DNA of 64,000 bases from an uncultured delta proteobacterium. Lineage in GTDB: Bacteria > Desulfobacterota > Binatia > UTPRO1. This document shows, one piece after another, positions 22,437 through 34,055 of the stretch (its first letter is position 1; every line of letters begins with the position of its first letter). The DNA lies in NCBI GenBank assembly GCA_963753325.1, contig CAVWBS010000001.1:2667945-2731944 (forward strand), read 5' to 3'. The translations under genes were made by a program, and so were the position numbers. Below the pieces are notes generated by a model that saw only the letters and a list, made by a program, of their open reading frames with translations, was not told the DNA's origin and made no database searches.

Positions 22437-24747
22437 CTAGTGCAGGACGATCTGCTCGACCTGCCCTTTCACCGGGAGCTCGATGACGAAACGGCTGCCC
22501 CTCGGCTCGTTGTCCTTCACGCGAACGAATCCTTGATGGTCGGCGACGATCGTCGAGACGATCGCGAGGCCGAGCCCGGTGCCGCCCTGCTTGGTCGAGA
22601 AGTACGGCTCGAAGAGGCGGGCGCGCGCATTCGGCTCGATGCCGCTGCCCGTATCGGCGACCTCGAGCCCGACGATGCCATGCGCGCGATGGTAACGCGT
22701 GCTGACCTCGATGCGACGCTCGACGCCGTTCGGCGGCGAAAGCGCCGCGACCGCGTTGTCGAGCATGTTGATGACCGCGCGCTTGATCCCCTCGCGATCG
22801 AGCGGAAGGAGCGGCAACGACGGGTCGGCGTCGAAGCTGAAGCGGATGTCGCGGTGCCCTTCCTTGAACAGGAGCATGGCCTCGTCGACCAGGGCGTTGA
22901 GGTTCTCCGGCGTGTGCTCACCGGCGGGCAGGCGCGCGAACGTCGCGAACTCGTTGACGAGGGTCTTCAGCTCCTCGACCTGGCGCACGATCGTGCGCGT
23001 GCACTCCTCGAAGAGCGGCCCGTCGTCCTTCAAGCGCTCGCCGTAGCGCTTGCGGAGCCGCTGCGCCGAGAGCTGGATCGGGGTGAGCGGGTTCTTGATC
23101 TCGTGCGCGATCCGGCGCGCCACCTCACGCCACGCCTCCATGCGCTGGACCTTGACGATCTCGGTGACGTCCTCGAAGAACAGCACCGCGCCGATGTGCT
23201 GTCCGGCGTCGTCGCGCAGCAGCGTGGCGGTGAGGACGATCGTCGAGCACGCGGCCGCCCGCCACGAGCTTCAGTCTGGCGCTGGGCGCGGCCGCCGCCG
23301 GTCACGCGCCCGGTGTTGCGATGCGAGCTCCGCCATCAGGTCGCGCGCGGCCTGGCAGGTCGGGGCGGGCGAAGACCCCGGCGACGTCGCGGCCGAGCAC
23401 CAGCGCGTCGATCGAGGCCGAGCAGGCGCTCGGCCGCCTCGTTCATCGTGGTCACGCGGCCCTCCTCGTCGAGCGAGACCACGCCGCCGGTCATCGTCGG
23501 CGAGGATCGTCTCCATGTAGCGCCGGCGCTTCTCGAGCTCGAGGTTGCTGGTCTCGAGGTCGGCCGTCATCTGGTTGAACGATCCGACGAGGCGTGCCGA
23601 ACTCGTCGTCGGAGGCGACGTAGCGTGCCCTCGCCGAACCCGATCCGGTACTGCCAGTTGCCCTGCGCGACCTCGCGCGTGCCCTCGGCGAGCTTCTGGA
23701 TCGGCACCGTGATGCCCTTCGCGAGGTAGAATCCCATCCAGGTGGCGCAGAAGATCACCAGCAGGGTCACGAGGACCAGCGTGACGACGTAGTTGCTGAT
23801 GATCGGCTGCTTCAGGATCTTGAGCTGGCGGTACTCCTGGAAGGAGCGCGCGATCTCGGCGCTGCGGTTCGCGACGCTCTGCGGGACGAAGTAGTCGACG
23901 ACGACCGCGCCCGCGACGCCACCGCCGGCCTCGATCGGCACCGCCGCGCGGATGACGTCGCCGTCGACCGACGACTGCATCCGGGTGTCGGTAGCGACCG
24001 CCGAGCGCCGCCGTGAGCAGCGCCGACGGCGTGCCGAGCTGCCGTCTCGGCGGCACCTCGTCGGCGATGCGCCGACAGCGCGTCGCTGCCGATCGACGCC
24101 GATACACCTGGACGGTGCCGACGTTGTACTCGCGCTGCTTCGCCGCGACGAAGTCGGTGCAGCTGTTCGGCGATCGCCGTCGCAGGAGTGCTCGTCGCGC
24201 GAGCACGTGTCGGCGAGCTCGCGCGCGTGGTGCAAGCGCGTCCTCGGAAGCGTGCGCGTAGTACGTCCTGTGCGATGTCGAGCGAGCCGGCGAGCGAGTT
24301 CTCGACCTGGACGTTGAACCAGTTCTCGATCGAGCTGGTCATGAAGCCGAGCGCGACGAGGAAGATCAGGACCGCGGGGAAGATCGAGACCGCGAGGAAG
24401 GCCAGTACGAGACGGGTCCGCAGATGCGAGCCGAGCATGCGCCGCCGGCGCTCGAAGACCAGCTTGAGCGAGGTTGCGCGCGACCAGGAAGACCAGCAGG
24501 ACGAGCAGGATGATGTTGAGGTTGATCAGCAGGAAGAAGATGACGTTGTTCGAGAGCGAGTTCGCTGCTGGAGAACTGCGGCAGGCGGGTCTCGAAGAAG
24601 GCGAACAGCAGCACCGCGAGCGCGGTGCAGAGGATGATCCAGCCCTCGCGGCGGCGCCGCCTCCAGGACGGGGACGGCGCGCTGCGGGACCGCCCCGTCG
24701 TGCGCCGCCGACCTCCAGGGTCGCATGCCGAATCGCATCGCTCTCAC
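22437..24747 (-). CDS. NtrY-like membrane sensor histidine kinase (TM/HAMP/PAS/HisKA/HATPase); many apparent frameshifts
   Basis: The intact C-terminal ORF 22437..23186 carries the H-box RIAHEIKNPLTPIQLSAQ and GTGLGLAIV. Upstream fragments lie in several frames:
- ..FFETRLPQFSSSEL..
- MLGSHLRTRLVLAFLAVSIFPAVLIFLVALGFMTSSIENWFNVQVENSL
- ..LKQPIISNYVVTLVLVTLLVIFCATWMGFYLAKGITVPIQKLAEGTREVAQGNWQYRI
- ..FNQMTADLETSNLELEKRRRYMETIL
The start near 24747 is approximate. Confidence 0.8.
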
Positions 24748-24760
24748 GTCGTCGAACGGC

Positions 24761-24977
24761 TCAGCGGCGGAAGAGAAACAGCAGCAGGGACAGTACCGCG
24801 CTCACCAGCAGACTGCTGGCCGAGCGGAACGTAGATCGTGAAATTGTCGCGCCGGATCATGATGTCGCCGGGCAGGCGTCCGAGCCAGGGCACCCGGCCT
24901 GCGACCAGGACGACCACGACCCAGCGAGCACCAGGACCATGCCCGAGACGATCAGCAGCTTGCCAAGGCCGGTCCAT
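24761..24977 (-). CDS. DUF2905-like small membrane protein; frame interrupted
   Basis: Fragments [17 protein letters not shown] / [34 protein letters not shown] / (my translation) [20 protein letters not shown] match the [13 protein letters not shown] pattern that I recall for DUF2905. This family commonly follows ruvB. Confidence 0.5.
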
Positions 24978-25071
24978 GAGCTCGCGGAACCGCAGAAGGC
25001 GTAGGATTGTAGAGGCCGCTCGCAAAGTTGTCCATACGCATGGACCCTGCTTTTCCAGGCACTTACACGCT

Positions 25072-26101
<1,030 letters not shown>

Positions 26102-26105
<4 letters not shown>

Positions 26106-26692
26106 GAGGCGAGCCTCCGCAACGCCTCGCGGATGAGCTCCGGCAGCGGCGTCGAGCCGGCCGCGGCCGCATGCTGCACCGCGCGCTCCGCCTCCGCCGG
26201 CTTGTAGCCGAGGTTGACCAGCGCCGAGACCGCCTCGGCGCCGTCACCGCGACGGCGCGCCGGGCTCGGCCTGCCGCACCGACCTGCAGCGAGCGGACCT
26301 TCTCGCGCAGCTGCAGGATCATGAGGTCGGCCTTCTTCTTGCCGATGCCGGGAATCGCCGTCAGGCGCCGCGCGTCCCCCTCGGCGAGCGCGCGTTCGAG
26401 CTCGGCCGCCTCGAGCCCCGAGAGCACGGCCATCGCCACCCGCGGGCCGACGGTGGCCACCTGGATCAGCAGCAGGAAAAGCGCGCGCTCGCCCTCGTCG
26501 AGGAAGCCGAAGAGCTGCAGCGCGTCCTCGCGGACGTGGGTATGGACGCGCAGATCGACCTCGGCCCCGAGCGCCGGCAGGCGGGAGAACGACTGCAGCG
26601 ACACCGAAAGCTGGTAGCCGACGCCGCCGACGTCGACGACGATCTGCTCGGGCAGCCTTCTCGAGCAATCGACCGTGGAGGCGAGCGATCAT
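26102..26692 (-). CDS. ruvA: Holliday junction DNA helicase subunit RuvA; frame interrupted
   Basis: [12 protein letters not shown].. (ORF 26102..26707), the middle part in ORF 25747..26604 ([85 protein letters not shown]), and the end ..[18 protein letters not shown]. Confidence 0.85.
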
Positions 26693-27208
26693 CGCCGCCC
26701 CGCGCATCGCGGGCGCAGGGCCGCGATGAGCACCGTGCGCATCCGCGACGTGTGCAGATGACAGAGCGCCAGCGCCAGCGCGTCGGCCGCATCGGGCGAG
26801 AGCGCCACGGTGATCGCCAGCTCCCGGGCGATGGCCTGGCCGACCTGCGCCTTCTCGGCGCGGCCACTCCCCGTGACCGCCATCTTCACCTCGGCCGGCG
26901 TGTATTCGGCGACGGCGATGCCGGCGGTCGCCGCCGCCAGCATCGCGATTCCGCGCACCTCACCGAGCCGGAACGCGCTCTGCACGTTGCGGCCGACGAA
27001 GCTCTTCTCGAGGGCAAGCGCATCGGGACGCCACGTGGCGCAGTGCTCGGCCAGCGCCGCGTGGATGCTCGCCAGCTTGGTCGCCAGCGACGAGTGCGGC
27101 CGCGTCTCGACCGTCCCGTGCGCAACGTGACGGAACGCTCCGGGTCGCCCGCTCGACGACGCCCCAGCCCGTCACCGCCGTACCGGGATCGATCCCGAGC
27201 ACGCGCAT
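26689..27208 (-). CDS. ruvC: Crossover junction endodeoxyribonuclease RuvC; frame interrupted
   Basis: MRVLGIDPGTAVTGWGVVE (ORF 26960..27274) and ..QSAFRLGEVRGIAMLAAATAGIAVAEYTPAEVKMAVTGSGRAEKAQVGQ..PDAADALALALCH (ORF 26689..26985). The stop overlaps the ruvA ATG. Confidence 0.85.
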
Positions 27209-27280
27209 GCGCGCCGGCGTCCTATCCTCGCCACCCCTCATCCCCTCGCTCCCACGCGGAGGGCACCCGGCCACCCGGGA

Positions 27281-28029
27281 TCAAGCGCTCAGGCGCTCGA
27301 CTTCCTCCTGCGGAATGTCGACGTTTGCTGCGACCTTCTGCACGTCGTCGTGATCCTCGAGCACCTCGAGGAGCTTCAGCGTCTGCTCGGCCTCGCGGCC
27401 GCGCAGCGTGATCGTGTTCTGGGGCACCATCGCGACCTCGGCCGAGGCGACCGTGATCCCGCCGCTCTCCAGCGCAGCCTTCACGTCTTCCAGGCGCTCG
27501 GGAGCCACGGTGACCTCGAAGATCTCGCCGCCGTCGCCGATGTCGTCGGCGCCCGCCTCGAGCGCGATCTCGAAGACCTTCTCCTCGGCCGCGGCGCTCT
27601 TGTCGACGGTGATGAGCCCCTTCTTCGAGAACATCCAGCCGACGCACCCGTTTCCCCGAGGTTGCCGCCGTTCTTGCCGAAGACGTTGCGGATCTCGGCG
27701 ACCGTACGGTTGCGGTTGTCGGTGAGCACCGAGACCATGATGGCGACACCGGCGGGACCGTAGCCCTCGTAGTTGATCTCCTCGTAGGAGACGCCCTCGA
27801 GATCGCCGGTGCCCTTCTTGATGGCGCGCTCGATGTTGTCGGCCGGCATGCTCGCCTGCTTGGCGGTCGTGACGGCGGTGCGCAGCCGCGGGTTGGCGTT
27901 GAGGTCACCGCCCCCCATGCGCGCCGCGACCGTGATCTCCTTGATCATCTTGGTGAAGATCTTGCCCCGCTTCTGGTCCTTGATCGCCTTCTTGTGCTTG
28001 ATCGAGCTCCATTTGGAATGCCCGGACAT
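27281..28029 (-). CDS. yebC: YebC/PmpR-family transcriptional regulator; one apparent frameshift near 27640
   Basis: [63 protein letters not shown] (ORF 27481..28215), then [21 protein letters not shown] (ORF 27281..27634). The yebC-ruvC-ruvA-ruvB order is classical. Confidence 0.9.
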
Positions 28030-28247
28030 GAGACTTCCTTTCGTCGCCCGTTCTTGCGCGGCGGCGCGCGCCGGCTCGATCGGAGGGATGCGCGCGCCTG
28101 GCGCGCAGGCGCGCCGCTCGCGATCGGACTCGCAGACCCCTGTGGTTACCATAGCCGGGCGCCGCAAGTAAATCGACGAGGCGTCTCGCGCACTTGTGGG
28201 CCGCGTACGACGCACGCTACAAGGCGGCCATGGGGTGGGGTCGGGGT

Positions 28248-28901
28248 ATGGGTCGGCGCGTGCTCGGCGTGCGCGCCGTGCGCGTCACGCTGCTCGCGGC
28301 CGCGCTCGTCGTCGCGGGGTGCGGTACCCGCGCGCCGATGCCCGAGCCGGGTCACCCGCAGATCGGCGTCGCGTCCTGGTACGGGCCGGGCTTCCACGGG
28401 CACGCGACCACGAGCGGCGAGATCTACAACGCGTACGACCTGACGGCGGCCCATCCGCGACTCCCGCTCGGCACGCGCGCGCGGGTGACGAACCTGACGA
28501 ACGGCAGCGCCGTCGACGTGCGCATCAACGATCGCGGGCCATTCGTGAAGGATCGCGCGATCGACCTCTCCTACGCGGCCGCCCAGAAGCTCGGTGTCGT
28601 CGGACCGGGTACGGCGCCGGTGCGGATCGAAGTGATCGCGCGTCCACCCGGCGACTTCACCCGCGTGCGCTACTGCGTGCAGATCGGGTCGTTCGGCGAG
28701 CGCGAGAAGGCGGACGCTGTGCGCGCCAACCTTGCCCCCACATATGACGACGTCTATATAAGCCCGGTGCGGGCGCGCGCAGAGCTCTTCTACCGAGTGC
28801 GCGTCGGTCCGTACGACGAGCGACACGATGCCGAGCGGCGCGCCGTCGAGTTGAGCAGCATCGGCTTCCCCGCCGTCGTCACCGAGGAGCCCGTACGTTG
28901 A
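28248..28901 (+). CDS. rlpA: Septal-ring lytic transglycosylase RlpA-family lipoprotein (DPBB + SPOR domains)
   Basis: Lipobox LVVAGC. The DPBB core is [55 protein letters not shown]. The SPOR-like C-terminus is [28 protein letters not shown] 28194..28901; I chose the ATG at 28248. Confidence 0.85.
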   Translation: MGRRVLGVRAVRVTLLAAALVVAGCGTRAPMPEPGHPQIGVASWYGPGFHGHATTSGEIYNAYDLTAAHPRLPLGTRARVTNLTNGSAVDVRINDRGPFVKDRAIDLSYAAAQKLGVVGPGTAPVRIEVIARPPGDFTRVRYCVQIGSFGEREKADAVRANLAPTYDDVYISPVRARAELFYRVRVGPYDERHDAERRAVELSSIGFPAVVTEEPVR

Positions 28902-30250
28902 GGCGCGCGCTCGCGCTGGCGCTCGTCTGCACGCTCGCCGGCGGTTGCGCGTCCTATCGCTTGATTCGCGACGGCCAGGTCAACGTCGGCGCGGCGGATC
29001 GCGTGAGGGCCAAGCTCGTCGCCGTTCGTGGTCTCTCCTTTCGCCAGCCGGTGCCGGTCGAGGCCGTCACGGTGGCGCAGGCGCGCACGATGCTCGACCG
29101 CGAGCTGCACGCGCAGTACAGCACCGAGGAGCTCGCCACCTTGAGCCGCGTCTATGCGCTGCTCGGATTGGTTCCCGCCGGCACCGACCTCGAGCGCGCG
29201 TATCTCGATCTGTACAGCGCGCAGATCGCCGGCTTCTACGACCCGATCGAGCGACGCATGGTCCTGGTCGAGGGCGTCGTCACCCCCGACTTCACGACCC
29301 GCCTCCTCGAAGGCGTGATGCGCCGCGACTTCGCGGGCGAGCTCGTACTCGCCCACGAGCTCACGCACGCGCTCCAGGACCAGTACTACGGCCTCGACTT
29401 CGGGCGCAACAATCTTGGCGAGGACGACGCCCAGCTGGCACGTCACGCGGTCTATGAGGGCGACGCCACGCTCGCCGGATTCGCCGCGGTGCTCGGTCAG
29501 TTGAAGCCGGGCGCCGCGGTGTCGCTCGCGCACAAGCTCGAAGGCATCCCCGGCGCGATGGCGCGCGCCTATCCGGAGATTCCGGCGGCCGTGCGCGAGA
29601 CCGTCGTGTTCCAGTACGTCGCCGGCGTGAACTTCGTCTCCTGGGCGTACCAGCGCGCGGGCTGGGAGGGCGTGAACGCGCTGCTGGCGCATCCGCCGGT
29701 CTCGACCGAGCAGGTGCTCCATCCCGACAAGTACTTCATCCACGCCGAGTATCCCCTGTCGATACACGTCGCCGGCCTCGCGTCGTACGTGCGGGACGGC
29801 TGGCAGGTCGTGGAGAACGCCACCGTGGGCGAGTTCCTGATCCGCGTGCTCGGCGAGCAGTTCCTCTCCGGAGCGCGCGCGCAGGCGGTGGCCGCGGGAT
29901 GGGACGGCGACCGTCTGGTCGCGTTCACCCACGGCACCGACGTCGCGCTGGCCTGGCTGACGGCGTGGGACAACGAGACCGAGGCGGCGGAGTTCTTCGC
30001 CGGCTATGCGGCCATCCTGGCCGCCAAGCATCCCGGCAGCGCGAGCGCACCCGCCGCCGACGCAACCGTGGTAGCGTCGTCCGAGGGCGCCGCGCCCTAC
30101 CGGCTCGAACGCCACGGCACGATGGTCTTGTCGATCGAGGGGCCGCTCGACGACGACCTCACCCGGGCCGCCGACCGCATCTGGCGTCACAGCACGTCGC
30201 AGCGCACGACGCCGTGGGTGCCCATCGATCTCGCGGCGGTGCACCGCTAA
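28898..30250 (+). CDS. Lipoprotein with HExxH zinc-metalloprotease motif, family unknown
   Basis: Intact 450-aa ORF. It has the lipobox TLAGGC and the motif LVLAHELTHALQDQYYG. The TTG start overlaps the rlpA stop (TTGA). Confidence 0.6.
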   Translation: MRRALALALVCTLAGGCASYRLIRDGQVNVGAADRVRAKLVAVRGLSFRQPVPVEAVTVAQARTMLDRELHAQYSTEELATLSRVYALLGLVPAGTDLERAYLDLYSAQIAGFYDPIERRMVLVEGVVTPDFTTRLLEGVMRRDFAGELVLAHELTHALQDQYYGLDFGRNNLGEDDAQLARHAVYEGDATLAGFAAVLGQLKPGAAVSLAHKLEGIPGAMARAYPEIPAAVRETVVFQYVAGVNFVSWAYQRAGWEGVNALLAHPPVSTEQVLHPDKYFIHAEYPLSIHVAGLASYVRDGWQVVENATVGEFLIRVLGEQFLSGARAQAVAAGWDGDRLVAFTHGTDVALAWLTAWDNETEAAEFFAGYAAILAAKHPGSASAPAADATVVASSEGAAPYRLERHGTMVLSIEGPLDDDLTRAADRIWRHSTSQRTTPWVPIDLAAVHR

Positions 30251-30266
30251 ACGCCCGTCCGCCCTT

Positions 30267-30285
30267 CCGCGGCGTACCGCCGCGG
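30267..30285. terminator. Perfect 8-bp GC hairpin between convergent genes (possible bidirectional terminator, no U tract)
   Basis: CCGCGGCG-tac-CGCCGCGG, lying between the stops at 30250 (+) and 30292 (-). Confidence 0.3.
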
Positions 30286-30291
30286 CCTTGC

Positions 30292-31260
30292 TCAGTCGAA
30301 CAGCCGCAGGAAACCCTGGGCGTGGAGCGCCTCGGCGAAGGACTCTTCGTACGCGGTCTCCGGCGACTCACGCACCATGCGGTCGAGCGCGTGCGCGTCG
30401 TCCCCGACGAGGATGCGCCAGCGGTCGGTGCGCACGCCCTCGAGGATAACCGTCGCCGCCTGCGCCGCGGTGACCGGCGCGTTGTCGCGAAACGCGAGGG
30501 CGAGGTGGTGCATGGCGCTCCGGACGTCGTCGTCGCTCATCGCGTCGACAGGGAGGCCACGGTGGGCGAGCACCTCCCGGACCGCCCGCACGTCGTCCGC
30601 TCCCATGTGCAACGCGTCGGGCTTGCCGAGGACCTTGGCGGTGTTCATGACGATCGAGGTGCCGATGTGACCGGGCATCACGACGGCGACCTTCACGTGC
30701 GGGGCGTTGACGCGCAGATCGGTGATGAGCGCCTCCGAGAAGCCCTTCACCGCGAACTTGGCGCTGCTGTACGCGGTGTGCGCGATGCCGGGGCCGAGGG
30801 CGGCCCAGAAGCCGTTCACGCTGCTGGTGTTCACGATGTGAGCGTGCGTGCTCGCGATCAGCGACGGAAGGAAGGCGCGCGTACAGTAGTAGACGCCGAA
30901 CCAGCACACTCCGAACGTGCGCTCCCATTCGGCGCGGTCGTCCTTCACGAAGCTGCCGCCGCCGCCGATGCCGGCGTTGTTGAACAGCAACTCGACGTGA
31001 TCGGTCGCGTGGTCGCGCAGGACGGCATCGCGGAACGCGAGGACCTGTCGCTCGTCCGCCACGTCGCACCCGTGCGTCGTCACCCGCACGCCGGAGGGCG
31101 CGCCGCTCTCGCAGAGCCGCTTCGTCTCAGCCATGTTCTCGGTCGAGACGTCGCACGTCGCCACATGGCAACCGGCGGCGCTCAGCTGCTCCGCCAGCGC
31201 CCGCCCCATGCCCGTGCCGCCGCCGGTCACGACCGCCAGCTTGTCGCGGAAATCCTTCAT
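30292..31260 (-). CDS. Short-chain dehydrogenase/reductase (SDR) family oxidoreductase
   Basis: Intact 322-aa ORF with VVTGGGTGMGRALA (TGxxxGxG), NNAG and YSSAK (YxxxK). Confidence 0.85.
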   Translation of the reverse strand: MKDFRDKLAVVTGGGTGMGRALAEQLSAAGCHVATCDVSTENMAETKRLCESGAPSGVRVTTHGCDVADERQVLAFRDAVLRDHATDHVELLFNNAGIGGGGSFVKDDRAEWERTFGVCWFGVYYCTRAFLPSLIASTHAHIVNTSSVNGFWAALGPGIAHTAYSSAKFAVKGFSEALITDLRVNAPHVKVAVVMPGHIGTSIVMNTAKVLGKPDALHMGADDVRAVREVLAHRGLPVDAMSDDDVRSAMHHLALAFRDNAPVTAAQAATVILEGVRTDRWRILVGDDAHALDRMVRESPETAYEESFAEALHAQGFLRLFD

Positions 31261-31295
31261 GTCGTCCTATCGCATCGCTCAGCCGCGCCGCCGCG

Positions 31296-31652
31296 TCAAC
31301 GCCCCCGGGGCGGGCGGCGACGCGGCGGCGTGGTCTCGCCCACGATCCAGGCGAGGTAGTCCGGCGCGCCGCCTTCGATCGGCAGCACGATCACCTCCGG
31401 CAGCTCGTAGCTGTGGAGCGCCCGGATGCGCGCCGCGACGCGGTCGGCGGTCCCGCGCCGCGTCTTCACGACGAGCAGGAGCTCCTCCGCGCGCTCCACG
31501 GCCCCGCGCCAGCGGTACACCGACGTGACCGGCGCGATGTTCACACACGCGGCGAGCCGCTCCCCGACCAGCGTCGACGCGATCCGCTCCGCCTCGGCAC
31601 GCGAGCCGGCGGTGCTGAGCACGACGACGGCGGTGGCGCGACCCGCGGTCAT
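31296..31652 (-). CDS. cutA: Divalent-cation tolerance protein CutA
   Basis: Intact 118-aa ORF: VVLSTAGSRAEAERIASTLVGERLAACVNI.PVTSVYRWRGAVE..EELLLVVKT..LHSYELPEVI. Confidence 0.85.
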   Translation of the reverse strand: MTAGRATAVVVLSTAGSRAEAERIASTLVGERLAACVNIAPVTSVYRWRGAVERAEELLLVVKTRRGTADRVAARIRALHSYELPEVIVLPIEGGAPDYLAWIVGETTPPRRRPPRGR

Positions 31653-31671
31653 GCGGCGGCACGGCGCGCGG

Positions 31672-32797
31672 TCACGGTGCCTCTCCGCCGAGCCGGCTGC
31701 CCGCGGCCACCCAGGCGTCGATCAGCCGCGGATACTCGATCGTCTTCGCCGGGATCGGCGGCCGCTCCGGCGGCCGCGCGCGTCGCCGGCGCCAGCGGCG
31801 CCGCAGCCGTCCACGCCAGCCACCGAGCGCGTGCGCCGACGGCAGCACCTCCGCCACCTCGAGGTCGCGCCGCAGGCTCGCCGCGGCAGCGGGCGCGACG
31901 TACCCGCGCCGCGCGAGATCGTCGAGCGAGTTCCGCAACCGCTCGCGTGTGTAGGCGGAGCGCTCGAGCAGCGAGCGCCCGACGGCCACCACGGCGCCCG
32001 TCGGTACGACCCCCTCCTGGCGCAGCACGACCGCGGTCTGGAAGTAGTTGAAGGTCGGCACGAGACGCGCGCCGAACGCATGGAAGCGCTCCGGCGGCGT
32101 GCGGCGCTCGAGATTGATCAGGATGCGCCGCACGGCATCCGCCGGGACCACCCGCTGGCTGAGCGCCTTGATCTCGACCAGCCGCGCCGGATCGATGCGC
32201 AGCCGCACGAGCACGTCGGCGAGCACGTCGGGGTCGAGCCGTCCCGCGATGACGTCGGCGTACAGACGAGTAGATGAGCGGATCGGATTCCCAGTCGTCG
32301 CCGAAGAGGAACTCGACCGCTCCGGGCGGTGCCGCGAGCCGGGCCTTCAGCAGCTCCGCCAGCTTGAAGCCGACCTGCTCGCGCAGGAACCGGAAGCGGC
32401 CGCGCACCAGGTGCTGCAGCTGGTCCTTGAAGACCATGCCGTCGCACTCGATGCCGTCGAGCGCCAGCTTCTCGCGGATCGCGCGCCCGATCTGCGGCGG
32501 GCTCGCGGAGATGAAATACACGAAGGCGGCGCGCTGCTCGCGCCGCGCGCTCGTCTTCAACGCGCGGATGAGGGCCACGACGCCGGGCTCGTCCACCTTG
32601 TCCTCGGCGCGCTCGAACGGCACCCGCATCATCTTCCGCAGGCTCTCGAAGTCGCTCTTGAGGTAGGTCTTGTCGAGGTCCCACCGATAGATCACGGTCG
32701 CCGGCGCCGGCCGTGGCCGAACGCGGCCGCGCCCGATCAGGCGCGACCAGCGACGCGCCCCTGGCCAGCGCCCGAGGAGCCCGCTCCACCCGATCAC
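31672..32797 (-). CDS. HAD-like DxDxT phosphatase resembling App1/DUF2183 lipid phosphatases; one apparent frameshift near 32270
   Basis: ..VIYRWDLDKTYLKSDF..FVYFISASPPQIGRAIREKLALDGIECDGMVFKD..FLFGDDWESDPLIYS (frame of ORF 31649..33715), then ..DVLVRLRIDPARLVEIKAL.. (ORF 31672..32226). The GTG at 32797 overlaps the plsX stop. The family assignment is from pattern memory only. Confidence 0.5.
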
Positions 32798-33810
32798 CGG
32801 ATCGCCTGGATGCCGGCGGCGATCTCTCCGGGAACGCCGTCGCGCACCGCCTTGGCGGCCACCTTCACCGCGTTCTCGATCGCCCGCGCGGTGGAGCGGC
32901 CGTGGGCCTTGAGGAACAGGTGCTCGAAGCCGAGGAGCGGCGCGCCGCCGTACTTCGTGTAGTCGGCGAGGTGCGCCACCTCGCGGATGCCGCGTGACAG
33001 CAGCGCCATACCGAGGCGCCACAGGACGCGCTGCTTCACGGCGTTGCTCGCCACGTCGGTCACGACGTCGGCAATGCCCTCGATCAGCTTCAACACGACG
33101 TTGCCGAGCAACCCTTCGCACACGATCACGTCGGCGCGTCCCTTGGTGACGTCGTTGCCCTCGATGTTGCCGACGAAATCGATCCCGCCGAGACCCGCGA
33201 GCTGTTGGTAGGCCTCGGTCAGCACATCCCCGCCCTTGAAGGACTCGATGCCCATGTTGAGCAGTCCCACGCGCGGCCGGTCGACCTTGGAGACGCGGCG
33301 CGCGTACGCGCTGCCCATCACCGCGAACTGCACCAGGTCGAGCGCGTCGCAACGGATCGTGGCGCCGACGTCGAGGAGGAGTGCCAGCTGGTCCTGCCCC
33401 GGATACTCCGTCTGGCGCGGGTAGACGCTTGCCAGCGCCGTCTTGCGGATCCCCTTGATCGCGCGGAAGTGCCGCGCGCAGGCGAGGATGCAGGCGCCGG
33501 TGTTGCCGGCGCTCACGAGTGCCTGCGCGTGCCCGTCGGCGACGAGCTTGGCGCCGACGGCGATCGAGGCATCGCGCTTGACCTTGAGCGCCTCCTTCGG
33601 CGCCTCGTCCATGCCGACCACCTCGCCCGCGTGGCGGATGCTGATGTGCTCGGGATTGTACGACACGGACTCGAGGATGCGCTGGATGCGATGCTCGTCC
33701 CCGACGAGCACGCACTCGATCGCCGTCGAGAGCGAGGCGCGGGCGACGCCCTTCACCACCTCGTCCGGCGCGAGGTCACCGCCCATGGCATCGACGGCGA
33801 CTATCGGCAC
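32794..33810 (-). CDS. plsX: Phosphate acyltransferase PlsX
   Basis: (V)PIVAVDAMGGDLAPDEVVKGV..VSAGNTGA..LLNMGIE..KGGD..IVCEGLLGNVVLKLIEG..GAPLLGFEHLFLKAHGRS. GTG at 33810 follows GGAGGGGG. This is the 3' 339 codons of ORF 32794..34101. Confidence 0.9.
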   Translation of the reverse strand: MPIVAVDAMGGDLAPDEVVKGVARASLSTAIECVLVGDEHRIQRILESVSYNPEHISIRHAGEVVGMDEAPKEALKVKRDASIAVGAKLVADGHAQALVSAGNTGACILACARHFRAIKGIRKTALASVYPRQTEYPGQDQLALLLDVGATIRCDALDLVQFAVMGSAYARRVSKVDRPRVGLLNMGIESFKGGDVLTEAYQQLAGLGGIDFVGNIEGNDVTKGRADVIVCEGLLGNVVLKLIEGIADVVTDVASNAVKQRVLWRLGMALLSRGIREVAHLADYTKYGGAPLLGFEHLFLKAHGRSTARAIENAVKVAAKAVRDGVPGEIAAGIQAIR

Positions 33811-34055
33811 GCCCCCTCCCTCACGCCAGTCGGCGCCGCAGGGCCGCCGCCGTCGATCCGGTGTTTGAACGCCTTTCGTCCGTCGATCGTCAGGACCGGA
33901 ATGTCGAGCCCGTAGACGGCGGAGAGATCCGGGTCGGCGCTCACGTCGACGATCTCGAGCGTGCACGGCGTCGTGCGCCGTACCTCGTCCACCACCGCCT
34001 TCATCTCCTCGCACAGCTCGCAGTCCGGCTTGCCGTAGAGCACGAGGTGTCTCAC
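33801..34055 (-). CDS. Glutaredoxin-like small redox protein (DUF836/Glutaredoxin_2-like)
   Basis: (V)[54 protein letters not shown]. It carries a CxxC motif. The GTG overlaps the DUF2064 stop. An alternative end ..LRRRLA-TGA at 33821 is possible if one more indel is present. Confidence 0.65.
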   Translation of the reverse strand: MRHLVLYGKPDCELCEEMKAVVDEVRRTTPCTLEIVDVSADPDLSAVYGLDIPVLTIDGRKAFKHRIDGGGPAAPTGVREGACR

